Below, piece by piece: positions 1 through 10,293 of a stretch of DNA of 64,000 nucleotides. Location of the stretch: the NCBI GenBank assembly GCA_948735595.1, contig CAPXSA010000028.1:14397-78396 (forward strand), given 5' to 3'. The translations under genes and the position numbers were made by a program. Every line of letters begins with the position of its first letter. Within the stretch, counting starts at the first letter, position 1. The DNA comes from an uncultured Clostridia bacterium. Its GTDB lineage: Bacteria; Bacillota; Clostridia; TANB77; CAG-508. Below the pieces are notes generated by a model that did no database searches, was not told the origin of the DNA, and saw only the letters and a list, made by a program, of their open reading frames with translations.

Positions 1-3000
1 AGAACCAATTTTGAACAAAAACATACTATGGGTATGTTTATTAGTGTTGCACCTTTAAGAATAACAGCTCAAGAAAGTTCTTCTTTTATCGATTTTGCAA
101 AAGAGATTAGCAACAATACTATGTCTATTTTTAGACATCAAAAATACTCTTATCAAAATATTTTGGAAGATATTCGAAAAAGAGATTCTTCTATTCCTAA
201 TTTATATCATATTCTATTATCTTACCAAATTACCAAAACCACAGAGGATAGTAATCAAGTTCACTATTCCACTGATTGGGTATTTAATGGTAGCGTTGCA
301 GATGAACTGCAAATTCATTTATTTGATTTGAATGATGAAAACTCTATGACAGTAGCTTATGATTATAAATCTAGTTTGTTTACTTCACAAGAAATTACTA
401 ATATGCATCATAGAATTTTAACCATGATAGAACAAGTCATTAGTCAAGAAACTCTTTTACTAAAAGATATTTCTATTGTAACACCTGAAGAAAAACATGA
501 AATCCTAAATGACTTTAACAATACCACTATGTCATATCCTACTGATAAAACCACTGTTGACTTATTTGAAGAGCAAGTTATTAAAACTCCTGATGCCATT
601 GCAGTTGAATATGAAGATACTAAAATTTCATATCGTGACTTAAATATTCGTGTGAATCAATTATCTAATTATTTAGAAAGCCTCCATTTAACTAAAAATG
701 TTGGTATTTTTACGAATAGAACCATTGATACCATCGTTGGTATTTTATCTATTTTAAAAATAGGTTCTACTCTTGTCCCTATTGACCCTCTCTATCCTAA
801 AGAGAGAATAGAACATATGGTACAAACTGCTAAATTAGAGTTTATTTTAAGTAGTTCTCCTATTTCTAATGATATGCATTTGCCAATTATTGACATTGCT
901 TATTCCAACTATGTGAAATGTAATAAAAACTTTGAAGCTAATCCTGTTCAGCCTAATGATAACCTCTATGTTATTTTTACTTCTGGTTCTACTGGAACAC
1001 CAAAAGGCTTAACTTTAACTCACAAAAATATGGTTAATTTGATATGCTTTGAAAAAAGAAATTATGATTTCTTATCTTTAGGAAATAAGATTCTTCAATT
1101 TGCTACTATGAGCTTTGATGTTAGCTATCAAGAAATCTTTTCTGCCCTTTTGTCTGGTGCAACACTTGTACTGATTGATGAAATGAAGAGAAAGAATATG
1201 GATCTTTTAATAGATTATATTGTATCACATAAAATTAGCGTTTTATTTATTCCACCTGCTTATTTAAGACTTTTAGTAGAAGAAGAAAAAAATGTAACTT
1301 TACTTTCTTCTACTGTAAAGCACATTATTACAGCTGGTGAAAGCTTACTCATTACCTCTGGTATTAGAAAATTATTAGAAAATAATATTGAATTATTTAA
1401 TCATTATGGACCTGCTGAAACACATGTAGCAACTACTTATCTTGTTCCTAAAGATTTTAATGCTTCTGTGGCACCAATTGGCTCTCCTATTGATAATAGC
1501 CAGATTTATATTTTAGATACTTGCAATAATTTATGCCCTATCAATGTCACAGGTCAAATTGCGATTAGTGGTGATTGTGTAGGTAATGGTTATATGAATC
1601 GTCCTGATTTGACACAAGAAAAATTTATCCAAGATCCATTTATCCCTAATCAAACGATGTACTTAACAGGTGATATTGGATTTATTGACGAAAATCATAT
1701 CATTCACTATATTGGTCGTAATGATTTTCAGGTAAAAATTAATGGTTTTAGAATTGAACCTGATGAAATTACCAAAAACATTTTACAATATCCTAATATT
1801 ACCTCAAGTTGTACTATTATAAAGGAGTATCATGCTAAGAAGTATATTGTAAGTTATTATACTACTAACGCTAAAGTTACAGTTGATGAACTTCGTACCT
1901 TCTTATCACAAAGGTTAGCTTCTTATATGATGCCTTATCAGTTAATAGAATTGGAAGCTCTACCTATTAATTTGAACGGAAAAATAGATAAAAAGGCTCT
2001 TCCAGATATTTCTTTTGAAGAAGAAGATAGCAATTTTATTGAGCCTCAAACAGAAACAGAAAAAAAATTATTAGCCATTTGGCAAGAAGTTTTGCAATTA
2101 TCTAAAATTAGCACTACATCTAATTTCTTTCATCTAGGTGGTGACTCTTTATTAGCCATTAAATTAATTGCTTTTGTGAATGATACTTTTGGTATCAACA
2201 TAACTATTAACTCATTATTTAAATATCCTACCATTCACAGCTTGGCTGACTATTTAGATATGGCTTCTAAAAGTAAATCTAGTACTATTCCTAAGATGGA
2301 AGAAAGAGAATATTATCCACTTTCTTCTGCCCAAAAGAGAATTTATTATACTGCTAGCTTAGATACCAATTCTATTTTATATAATATTGCTGGTGGTATT
2401 ATTGTAGATAAACAATTAGATGTTACAAAATTACAAAATTGTTTTACTACTTTAATTCAAAGGCACGATGCTTTACGCACCCACTTTGTTGTAAAAAATG
2501 ATGATATTGTACAAGTAATTGATAAAGAAGTAGATTTTAGTTTAGAAACAGCTACCAATACCACTAATAACTTAAATAGCATTTATGCTGATTTTGTAAA
2601 GCCTTTCGATTTATCAAAAGCTCCTTTACTAAGAGCAAAGGTTGTTACTTTAAAAGATGATAAAATGCTACTTTTACTAGATATGCACCATATTATTAGT
2701 GATGGTACGTCGCTTGCTATTTTATTACAAGAACTTTGCGATTTATATAATGATACTCCGCTTCCTGAAATAGCAATTGATTACAAAGACTTTACTTTAT
2801 GGGAGCAAGAACAATTTAAAACAGATAAATTTAGAGAAGCAAAAGATTTTTGGGTACATCAATTTGAAGATGAAATACCTTTATTAAATATGCCTACAAC
2901 TTATCCAAGACCTTCTACTCAAAGTTTTGAAGGTAACAATTATTATGCTACTTTATCTAAAGAAGTTTTTAATAAAGTGAATCAAATATCTCAAAAATTA

Positions 3001-6000
3001 GATATTACACCATATATGCTTCTATTATCTGTTTACTATATCTTACTTTCTAAATATACTTCACAAGAAGATATTGTAGTTGGTACTCCTATTGTTGGAA
3101 AGGAAATGGCTGAACTTTCTAATGTTCTAGGTATGTTTGTTAATACTTTAGCATTAAGAAATAAAATAAATAGCACTTCTTCTTTTGCAGAATTTAGCAA
3201 ATTAGTAAAAGAGAATTGTTTAAATAGTTTCAGCAACCAAATATATCCTTATGATATGCTAGTAAAAGACTTGAATATTAAAAGAGATGGTGGAAGAAAT
3301 CCTTTATTTGATGTCATGTTTATTTATCAAAATAATGGGTATCCAAAAATCAATTTTAAAGATACGAATGTGGAATATTTTATTCCTTATGGTAATATTG
3401 CAAAATTTGACTTATCTTTAGAAATCATTCCAATTGCTCATGAATATTCACTACGTTTTGAATATGCTACTAAATTATTTGATGAAAATTTTATCAAGCG
3501 TTTATCCTCTCACTATGTGAATATATTGGACGCTATTTTATCTGATACAAATGTTAAGTTAGCAGATATTCAAATGATGTCACAAGAAGAAGAAAATCAA
3601 ATATTATATGAATTTAATGATACGAAGGTAGATTATCCATCTGATAAAACAATTATTGATTTATTTGAAGAGCAAGTGCAAAAAAATCCAAAGAAAATTG
3701 CAGTTGTATTTGAAGATAAAAAATTAACCTATCAAGAATTAAATGAAAAGTCAAACCAATTAGCAAGGTATTTAATGGCTAATCATACTGGCTTAGGAGA
3801 TGTTGTTTGTATTTTATTAGATAAATCCCTAGAAATGATGATTTCTATTTTAGGAATTTTGAAAGTCGGAGCAACTTTTTTACCAATTGATATTAGCTAC
3901 CCTAACGAGAGAATTGATTATATTATTAGAAATTCAAAGTCCAATGTTATTATTACAAATAAAGACCTAATTCATAAAACCAATAGCACTGCACAGCCAT
4001 TATGCATTGAGTTAGAACCTTTAGAACAATACGAAAATACTAATTTAGGAGTTTCTTATGATGTAGACAATTTAGCTTATATCATGTACACCTCTGGTTC
4101 TACTGGTAACCCAAAGGGAGTTGCTGTTACGCATCAAAATATTGTTAGATTAGTGAAAAATAATCACTTTATTACCTTTGAAAAAGAAGAACGTATTTTG
4201 CAAACTGGATCAATTGTATTTGACGCTTGTACTTTTGAAATATGGGGAGCCTTATTAAATGGCTTTGAATTATATATTATGAAAAAAGAGGATTTATTAG
4301 ATGCTTATTTGTTAGAAAATTACATACAGAAAAATAAGATTACAACCTTATGGCTAACTGCTCCATTATTCCATCAGCTTTCTGAAGTAAATCCTGCTAT
4401 GTTTCAAGGGGTTTCTAAGCTATTAACTGGTGGAGATGTTGTTTCACCTAAGCATATTAGTAAAGTGAAAAAGGCTTGTCCTAATTTAACAGTGATTGAT
4501 GGATATGGACCTACTGAAAATACTACTTTTTCATGTTGTTTCACAATTGATAAAGATTACGATACTTCTATCCCAATTGGAAAGCCAATTTCTAATTCAA
4601 CTGCCTATGTCGTTTCACCTAGTGGTCTTTTATGTCCTATTGGTGTACCTGGCGAATTATGGGTTGGCGGAGATGGTGTTGCAAAAGGATATTGGAATAA
4701 TGAAGAATTAACGAAAGAAAAATTCATTCCAAATCCATTTGAAAGTGGTATGATTTACAAAACAGGAGATTTAGTAAGATGGTTACCTGATGGCAATATC
4801 GAGTTTATGGGTAGAATTGATAATCAAGTAAAAATCAGAGGTTTTAGAATTGAACTTAGTGAAATCAATCAAAAGATTTCAGAGTATAGTGCTATTAAAG
4901 AAGCTTTTACTACTATTACAGTGATAGATGAAGTAAAATATATCTGTTCTTACATTGTAGAAAAAAACTCTTTTGATATTGATGATTTAAAGAACTATTT
5001 GAGTAATTACTTGCCAAGCTATATGATTCCTACTTATTTTGTCAAATTAAAAAAATTACCAATCAACCAAAATGGAAAAGTAGATAAACATGCTTTACCT
5101 ACTGACTTTGAACATTTTATCGATACTAGACAAGTAAAAGAACCTACTTGTGAGGAAGAAGCTTTACTACTTTCTCTTTTCAAAAAGATTTTAAATAATG
5201 AACATATTGGTATTACAGATAACTTTTTCGAAGTAGGTGGAGATTCGTTAACTGCTATGAAATTACAAGTAGAAGCAATTAGTGTTGGATTAAATATTTC
5301 TTATTCTGATATTTTCAAATATGCTACTGTGGAAGCTTTAATTCGTCAATTACATACAACTGCTAAAGTGGAATGTGAAGAAAATACAATTGATTATACT
5401 CGTTATGATGCTTTAACTGCTAAGAATACTTTATCTAGTCCAATTGTTTGTACACCTACTGATGTAGGAAATGTTCTTCTTACAGGTTTTACTGGATTTT
5501 TAGGTGCTCATATTTTAGATAGCTTTATGAAAAAAGAAAGTGGAAAAATTTACTGTTTAATTAGGGGTAAAAATGGTATGACAGCAAGGGAAAGATTATT
5601 TAATGTTTTACACTTTTATTTTGAGAACAAGTATGATATCCTTGTAGACGATAGAATTATTTTAGTAGATGGCGATATTACTTCTCCTCACTTAGGATTG
5701 TCTGATGAAGATTATAGCGCACTTGGTAACTCTATCAATACAGTTATTCATAGTGCCGCACTTGTAAAACATTATGGCATCTATCAAGAGTTTAAAGAAA
5801 TCAATGTTAACGGAACCAAGAATATGGTAGAGTTTGCAAAAGAATTTCATGCTAAATTATTACATATTTCTACTATTAGTGTTTCTGGAAATAACTTAGC
5901 AGAAGGTGCTAATATTGAAAATCACTTTGAACATGAAATGGATTATGATGAATCTAATTTCTATATTGGTCAGAACCTTGAGAATTTGTATGTTAAGAGT

Positions 6001-6615
6001 AAGTTCGAAGCGGAGAGAGTGGTTTTTGATGCTATTGCAGAAGGACTTGAAGCTTGTATTTTAAGAATGGGAAATTTAACAAGTAGATTTTCAGAAGGAA
6101 AATTTCAACAAAATCACTTTGAAAATGCTTTTGTAAATCGTTTAAAATCCTTTTTGCAAATTGGTGTATTCCCAAAAGATTTATTGCATCTATATTGTGA
6201 GTTTACACCGATTGACTATTGCGGTGACGCTATTATTAACATTGCTAGTCACTTTAACAAAGATTATACTGTTTTCCATTTATTAAATGAAAAGCAAGTT
6301 TATTTAGATAGATTATTTGATATGTTATCTGAAATTGGTATTCCTACTAAGCTAGTATCTGAAGAAGAATTTGCTACTACGATACAATGTATTTTAGATG
6401 ACCCAGCTAAAAGGCAATTAGTGGAAGGTATTATCAATGATTTAAATAGTGATAAAAAACTGGTTTATCAATCAGATGTTGCTATTAAGTCTGATTTTAC
6501 TAAAGAATTTCTATATAAAACTGGTTTTGAATGGCCTTATATTGATATCCATTATATTAAAAATTATTTTCAGTATTTAATTGATATTGGCTATTTCAAT
6601 ATTTCAATCAATTAA
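1..6615 (+). CDS. Non-ribosomal peptide synthetase, 5'-truncated by the window edge; domain order (C)-A-T-C-A-T-R with a terminal thioester reductase
   Basis: Frame 1 is open from nt 1, upstream of the listed ATG at 28. Adenylation motifs occur twice: FTSGSTGTPKG/YTSGSTGNPKG, YLTGD/YKTGD, GRNDFQVKINGFRIE/GRIDNQVKIRGFRIE, NGKIDKKAL/NGKVDKHAL. Carrier motifs are LGGDSL (Ser codon 2146-2148) and VGGDSL (Ser 5245-5247). The condensation motif is MHHIISDG (2686-2706). The C-terminus has LLTGFTGFLG and YVKSK, typical of an NAD(P)-dependent reductase release domain. Confidence 0.9.
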   Translation, partial: RTNFEQKHTMGMFISVAPLRITAQESSSFIDFAKEISNNTMSIFRHQKYSYQNILEDIRKRDSSIPNLYHILLSYQITKTTEDSNQVHYSTDWVFNGSVADELQIHLFDLNDENSMTVAYDYKSSLFTSQEITNMHHRILTMIEQVISQETLLLKDISIVTPEEKHEILNDFNNTTMSYPTDKTTVDLFEEQVIKTPDAIAVEYEDTKISYRDLNIRVNQLSNYLESLHLTKNVGIFTNRTIDTIVGILSILKIGSTLVPIDPLYPKERIEHMVQTAKLEFILSSSPISNDMHLPIIDIAYSNYVKCNKNFEANPVQPNDNLYVIFTSGSTGTPKGLTLTHKNMVNLICFEKRNYDFLSLGNKILQFATMSFDVSYQEIFSALLSGATLVLIDEMKRKNMDLLIDYIVSHKISVLFIPPAYLRLLVEEEKNVTLLSSTVKHIITAGESLLITSGIRKLLENNIELFNHYGPAETHVATTYLVPKDFNASVAPIGSPIDNSQIYILDTCNNLCPINVTGQIAISGDCVGNGYMNRPDLTQEKFIQDPFIPNQTMYLTGDIGFIDENHIIHYIGRNDFQVKINGFRIEPDEITKNILQYPNITSSCTIIKEYHAKKYIVSYYTTNAKVTVDELRTFLSQRLASYMMPYQLIELEALPINLNGKIDKKALPDISFEEEDSNFIEPQTETEKKLLAIWQEVLQLSKISTTSNFFHLGGDSLLAIKLIAFVNDTFGINITINSLFKYPTIHSLADYLDMASKSKSSTIPKMEEREYYPLSSAQKRIYYTASLDTNSILYNIAGGIIVDKQLDVTKLQNCFTTLIQRHDALRTHFVVKNDDIVQVIDKEVDFSLETATNTTNNLNSIYADFVKPFDLSKAPLLRAKVVTLKDDKMLLLLDMHHIISDGTSLAILLQELCDLYNDTPLPEIAIDYKDFTLWEQEQFKTDKFREAKDFWVHQFEDEIPLLNMPTTYPRPSTQSFEGNNYYATLSKEVFNKVNQISQKLDITPYMLLLSVYYILLSKYTSQEDIVVGTPIVGKEMAELSNVLGMFVNTLALRNKINSTSSFAEFSKLVKENCLNSFSNQIYPYDMLVKDLNIKRDGGRNPLFDVMFIYQNNGYPKINFKDTNVEYFIPYGNIAKFDLSLEIIPIAHEYSLRFEYATKLFDENFIKRLSSHYVNILDAILSDTNVKLADIQMMSQEEENQILYEFNDTKVDYPSDKTIIDLFEEQVQKNPKKIAVVFEDKKLTYQELNEKSNQLARYLMANHTGLGDVVCILLDKSLEMMISILGILKVGATFLPIDISYPNERIDYIIRNSKSNVIITNKDLIHKTNSTAQPLCIELEPLEQYENTNLGVSYDVDNLAYIMYTSGSTGNPKGVAVTHQNIVRLVKNNHFITFEKEERILQTGSIVFDACTFEIWGALLNGFELYIMKKEDLLDAYLLENYIQKNKITTLWLTAPLFHQLSEVNPAMFQGVSKLLTGGDVVSPKHISKVKKACPNLTVIDGYGPTENTTFSCCFTIDKDYDTSIPIGKPISNSTAYVVSPSGLLCPIGVPGELWVGGDGVAKGYWNNEELTKEKFIPNPFESGMIYKTGDLVRWLPDGNIEFMGRIDNQVKIRGFRIELSEINQKISEYSAIKEAFTTITVIDEVKYICSYIVEKNSFDIDDLKNYLSNYLPSYMIPTYFVKLKKLPINQNGKVDKHALPTDFEHFIDTRQVKEPTCEEEALLLSLFKKILNNEHIGITDNFFEVGGDSLTAMKLQVEAISVGLNISYSDIFKYATVEALIRQLHTTAKVECEENTIDYTRYDALTAKNTLSSPIVCTPTDVGNVLLTGFTGFLGAHILDSFMKKESGKIYCLIRGKNGMTARERLFNVLHFYFENKYDILVDDRIILVDGDITSPHLGLSDEDYSALGNSINTVIHSAALVKHYGIYQEFKEINVNGTKNMVEFAKEFHAKLLHISTISVSGNNLAEGANIENHFEHEMDYDESNFYIGQNLENLYVKSKFEAERVVFDAIAEGLEACILRMGNLTSRFSEGKFQQNHFENAFVNRLKSFLQIGVFPKDLLHLYCEFTPIDYCGDAIINIASHFNKDYTVFHLLNEKQVYLDRLFDMLSEIGIPTKLVSEEEFATTIQCILDDPAKRQLVEGIINDLNSDKKLVYQSDVAIKSDFTKEFLYKTGFEWPYIDIHYIKNYFQYLIDIGYFNISIN

Positions 6616-6627
6616 AAGGAGGAAATT

Positions 6628-8430
6628 ATGAGCATTTATTCAACTATATTATTAATTGTTTTATTTTTAATTAGTATATTGTTTTTTTACATAGCAAAAA
6701 ATATCGCAAAAAGCCAGTTAAAATCTTTATTTTTAACAAATATTATCCTATTATTCATTTTATGTTTTTCTGTTTTTTTAGGAAGTATTTTAAGTGAAAA
6801 ATTAAATATTGACCCTATGTATTTTGATTATTTTTCGTACATAGGAAGCTGTTTTCTCCCTATCTCACTTTTCTTTACAGCTAATATCTTTTTAAAAACA
6901 AAGATAAAATTTGAGAAATGGCATTCTTTACTTTTTATTGTACCTCTTCTTTCTTTACTTGTACTATGGACAAATGATGTACATCATTTGTTCTATGTAC
7001 ATTACTCTATTTATATTAATGAAACTACTTTTGGTAACTTTTTCTATGTTTATGAAATTTATACCTATATTTTATTAATTATAGATATTATTTTATTGTT
7101 AAAGTTCCCTATTAAAAATGCCGGTTTTTTCTCTACACAATCTATCTTTATTTTAATAGGTTCCGTCATTCCTATCTTCGTTAATATTTTAGGTGCTTTA
7201 GGTGTAATACCAATGACTATTTATGTAACGCCTATTTGTTTTGCGGTTACTATCTTCTTTTATGCTATTGCTATTTTTAAGTTTAAATTTTTAAGTACTA
7301 CACCAATTGCAATGCAAAGAATTGTAGACAGAATGTCCGATAGCTTTTTAGTAGTTAGTGAAGATGGCATTATTACTGATTTTAATGATACCTTTTTAAA
7401 GACATTCCATTTACATTCTGAAGAGGTAAGAAACGTAAAATTTATTGAATTCATCACTAAACAAGACTTAGAAGACTTAAATAAGGATTTAGTAAAGCCA
7501 ATTTTAGAAAAGAGCAAAGCAACTGAAGATACCATTTTGGTAAAACGTGAAATGAAAATATTAGACCATTATTTTAATATAGAAGCCAGTGGTATTTTCT
7601 CAAAAGGCGCCTTTCTAGGAACTTTAATTTTGTTAAAAGATGTAACACAACACATGCGCGATATGCAAACCATTCAAAATAATCAAAATATGTTGATGGA
7701 AAGAGAACGTTTAGCTTCTTTAGGACAATTAATTGGTGGTATTGCTCACAACTTAAAAACTCCTATTATGTCTATTGCAGGTGCTGCTGAAGGTTTAACA
7801 GATTTAACTACAGAATATGAAAAGTCTGTTGGCGACCCTGATGTAACAGTTCAAGACCACCACGAAATAGCAAAAGACATGAAAGATTGGATTGAAAAAA
7901 TCAGGTCTTATACAGAATATATGTCTGATGTTATCACAGCAGTAAAAGGACAAGCAGTTACCATGTCAGAAGAGCAAGCAGTCACCTTTACCTTAGATGA
8001 ATTAGTAAAACGTGTTAATATTTTAATGAGGCATGAACTAAAAAATGCTTTAGTTGATTTAAATATTCAAATGAAAGCAGAACCTGATGCTATTTTAAAG
8101 GGAAATATCAATAGTTTAGTACAAGTCATTAACAACATGATTTCCAATGCAATTCAAGCATATAATGGTGAGGTTGGTAAGGAAATTAATTTAATTTTAG
8201 AACCTTCAGGAAAAAATATTATTATTTCTGTACAAGATTTTGCAAATGGTCTTCCTGATAGCGTTAAAGCAAAATTGTTTAAGGAAATGATTACTACGAA
8301 AGGAAAAAATGGAACTGGACTTGGATTATTTATGTCTTATTCTACGATTCGTGCACATTTCAATGGTAATGTTACTTTTGAAACAGAAAAAGGAAAGGGT
8401 ACCATATTTCACATTACTTTACCAGTATAG
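6628..8430 (+). CDS. Sensor histidine kinase with a multi-pass (about 7TM) N-terminal membrane domain, a PAS-like segment, HisKA and HATPase domains
   Basis: AGGAGG lies 6-7 nt upstream. The start is 13 nt after the NRPS stop. The N-terminal 230 aa are hydrophobic. H-box is GGIAHNLKTP, N-box NNMISNAIQA, G-box TKGKNGTGLGL. Confidence 0.85.
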   Translation: MSIYSTILLIVLFLISILFFYIAKNIAKSQLKSLFLTNIILLFILCFSVFLGSILSEKLNIDPMYFDYFSYIGSCFLPISLFFTANIFLKTKIKFEKWHSLLFIVPLLSLLVLWTNDVHHLFYVHYSIYINETTFGNFFYVYEIYTYILLIIDIILLLKFPIKNAGFFSTQSIFILIGSVIPIFVNILGALGVIPMTIYVTPICFAVTIFFYAIAIFKFKFLSTTPIAMQRIVDRMSDSFLVVSEDGIITDFNDTFLKTFHLHSEEVRNVKFIEFITKQDLEDLNKDLVKPILEKSKATEDTILVKREMKILDHYFNIEASGIFSKGAFLGTLILLKDVTQHMRDMQTIQNNQNMLMERERLASLGQLIGGIAHNLKTPIMSIAGAAEGLTDLTTEYEKSVGDPDVTVQDHHEIAKDMKDWIEKIRSYTEYMSDVITAVKGQAVTMSEEQAVTFTLDELVKRVNILMRHELKNALVDLNIQMKAEPDAILKGNINSLVQVINNMISNAIQAYNGEVGKEINLILEPSGKNIIISVQDFANGLPDSVKAKLFKEMITTKGKNGTGLGLFMSYSTIRAHFNGNVTFETEKGKGTIFHITLPV

Positions 8431-8518
8431 TAAAAATTTGCAGGTATTGCTTACAATCTATTTTTAAAATTAATAAAAAGAAACAAAACTTTATTTTAGA
8501 GTTTTGCTTCTTTTTATT

Positions 8519-9088
8519 TTACTTTGTTTCTTTTTCTTCTCTTATTATCTTTTCAATAAAATCAATAATTCTGTCCTCTGATTCTTGGTCATAGTTGTTA
8601 TATTGAATATAATCGAACATGTTTCTTAAATCAGTATCTGTTTTCATTCTTTCATAATGTTCGTCAATCTCCAAAAGTCTTTTTTCTTCTACATCTGGTG
8701 CCAAATGTCTTTCTCTTGTCTTTTCTTTTGCTATTTCAAGATCTTGAGGAAATAGATAAAGCACTCGCATATTAGGACAAACCTTTTTAAATTCATATAT
8801 GGTATCATAATGTACTTCAAATACCATATTTTTATCAGAGAAAAGTTCTTCTTTCGTATAAGCATACGTATATCCAAGTAAGTCAAATTCATATGCAATT
8901 TTGCCTTCGTCTCTTAAATTCTGCAATTCTTCTTTTCTTACAAATATCTTATCTTCGTTATTCTTTTCTCCTTTACGCATTTCACGAGTCGTTATAATTT
9001 TTACCTTTTCGAAGCCTAATCTTTCTACTAATTTATCCTTATAATAGGATTTTCCTGTTCCTGTAACACCTGCTATTCCAAGTAACAT
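8519..9088 (-). CDS. P-loop kinase, guanylate-kinase-like
   Basis: Walker A GVTGTGKS at the N-terminus. ITTREMRKGEKNNEDKIFV resembles the guanylate kinase TTRxxRxGE...Y.FV motif. Confidence 0.6.
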   Translation of the reverse strand: MLLGIAGVTGTGKSYYKDKLVERLGFEKVKIITTREMRKGEKNNEDKIFVRKEELQNLRDEGKIAYEFDLLGYTYAYTKEELFSDKNMVFEVHYDTIYEFKKVCPNMRVLYLFPQDLEIAKEKTRERHLAPDVEEKRLLEIDEHYERMKTDTDLRNMFDYIQYNNYDQESEDRIIDFIEKIIREEKETK

Positions 9089-9229
9089 TTTGTACCTCCG
9101 TATTTTTGTATTCCTATATTATCATATTTTTCTGTTTATAGCAACTTTCTACTTTTTTTGTATTTTGACAAAAAAGTATGTACAATCCGACAAATTATGA
9201 TATAATGGGCATAAATTAGAGGTGATGTT

Positions 9230-10285
9230 ATGAGAAAAAATATGCAAGAAACAGCCAAAACTGGATACAAAATTATTGCCGTAGATGATGAAGAAGGAAT
9301 TGTAGATTCCTTATCTGTTTTCTTAAAGCGTTCTGGGTATGATCTTACAGGTGTTACAGACCCTATGGAAGCTATTGAACGTGTTAAAACAGAACATTTT
9401 GATTTGATGGTTTTAGACTTTATTATGACCCCTATTCATGGTGATAAAGTAGTTGAAGAAATCCGTAAGTTTAATAAAGAATTATATATTTTATTATTAA
9501 CAGGACATAAAGATTTAGCCCCACCGCTTGAAACTATACGTAAATTAGATATTCAAGGATACTGTGAAAAAAGTGATAAGTTTGACCAATTGTTACTTTT
9601 AATTGAATCAGGAATTAAATCTATTGAGCAAATGAATGAAATTAAAAGAATCAATAATGAATTATCTGAAACCTACGAAAAATTGGAAAAGGCTTATTTA
9701 GACAGTATTGAAACTTTACGTTATACAGTAGAAGCAAAAGACCCATATACTAGGGGCCATTCTGATAGAGTATCTGCTTTTTCTGTATTAATTGGAAAAT
9801 ATTTAGGTTTATCTGAAACAGATTTAAAAACATTAGAAATCGGCGGGTTATTCCATGATATTGGAAAAATTGGTATTCCAGATAGTATTTTACTGAAAGA
9901 AGCAAAATTAACAGATGATGAATATTCTGAAATTAAAAATCACCCTTCTATTGGTGCTCACATTTTGTGTAATGCTGCTATCTTTCAAGACATTATCCCA
10001 ATTGTAAAGCATCATCACGAAAGATTTGATGGAAGAGGATATCCTAGCAAATTAAGTGGAAATGATATCCCATATATGGCTAGAATTGCAGCAGTTGCAG
10101 ATACTTTTGATGCTATGACTTCAAAGAGAACCTACCGTAATCCATTACCTTTAGATGTTGTAAAAGCTGAAATTGAAGATTGCTCAGGTAGTCAATTTGA
10201 CCCAGAAATTGCAAAAGTGTTTATTGACATTTTAGATAATCATTATAACGAAGTACAAGAAATTCAGAATAAATATAAAGCATAG
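9230..10285 (+). CDS. Response regulator with a C-terminal HD-GYP domain (probable c-di-GMP phosphodiesterase)
   Basis: GAGGTGA RBS. Receiver-like N-terminus (IIAVDDEEG, DLMVLDFIMT). HD-GYP signatures are HDIGKIGIP and HHERFDGRGYP. Confidence 0.85.
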   Translation: MRKNMQETAKTGYKIIAVDDEEGIVDSLSVFLKRSGYDLTGVTDPMEAIERVKTEHFDLMVLDFIMTPIHGDKVVEEIRKFNKELYILLLTGHKDLAPPLETIRKLDIQGYCEKSDKFDQLLLLIESGIKSIEQMNEIKRINNELSETYEKLEKAYLDSIETLRYTVEAKDPYTRGHSDRVSAFSVLIGKYLGLSETDLKTLEIGGLFHDIGKIGIPDSILLKEAKLTDDEYSEIKNHPSIGAHILCNAAIFQDIIPIVKHHHERFDGRGYPSKLSGNDIPYMARIAAVADTFDAMTSKRTYRNPLPLDVVKAEIEDCSGSQFDPEIAKVFIDILDNHYNEVQEIQNKYKA

Positions 10286-10293
10286 GGAATTCC

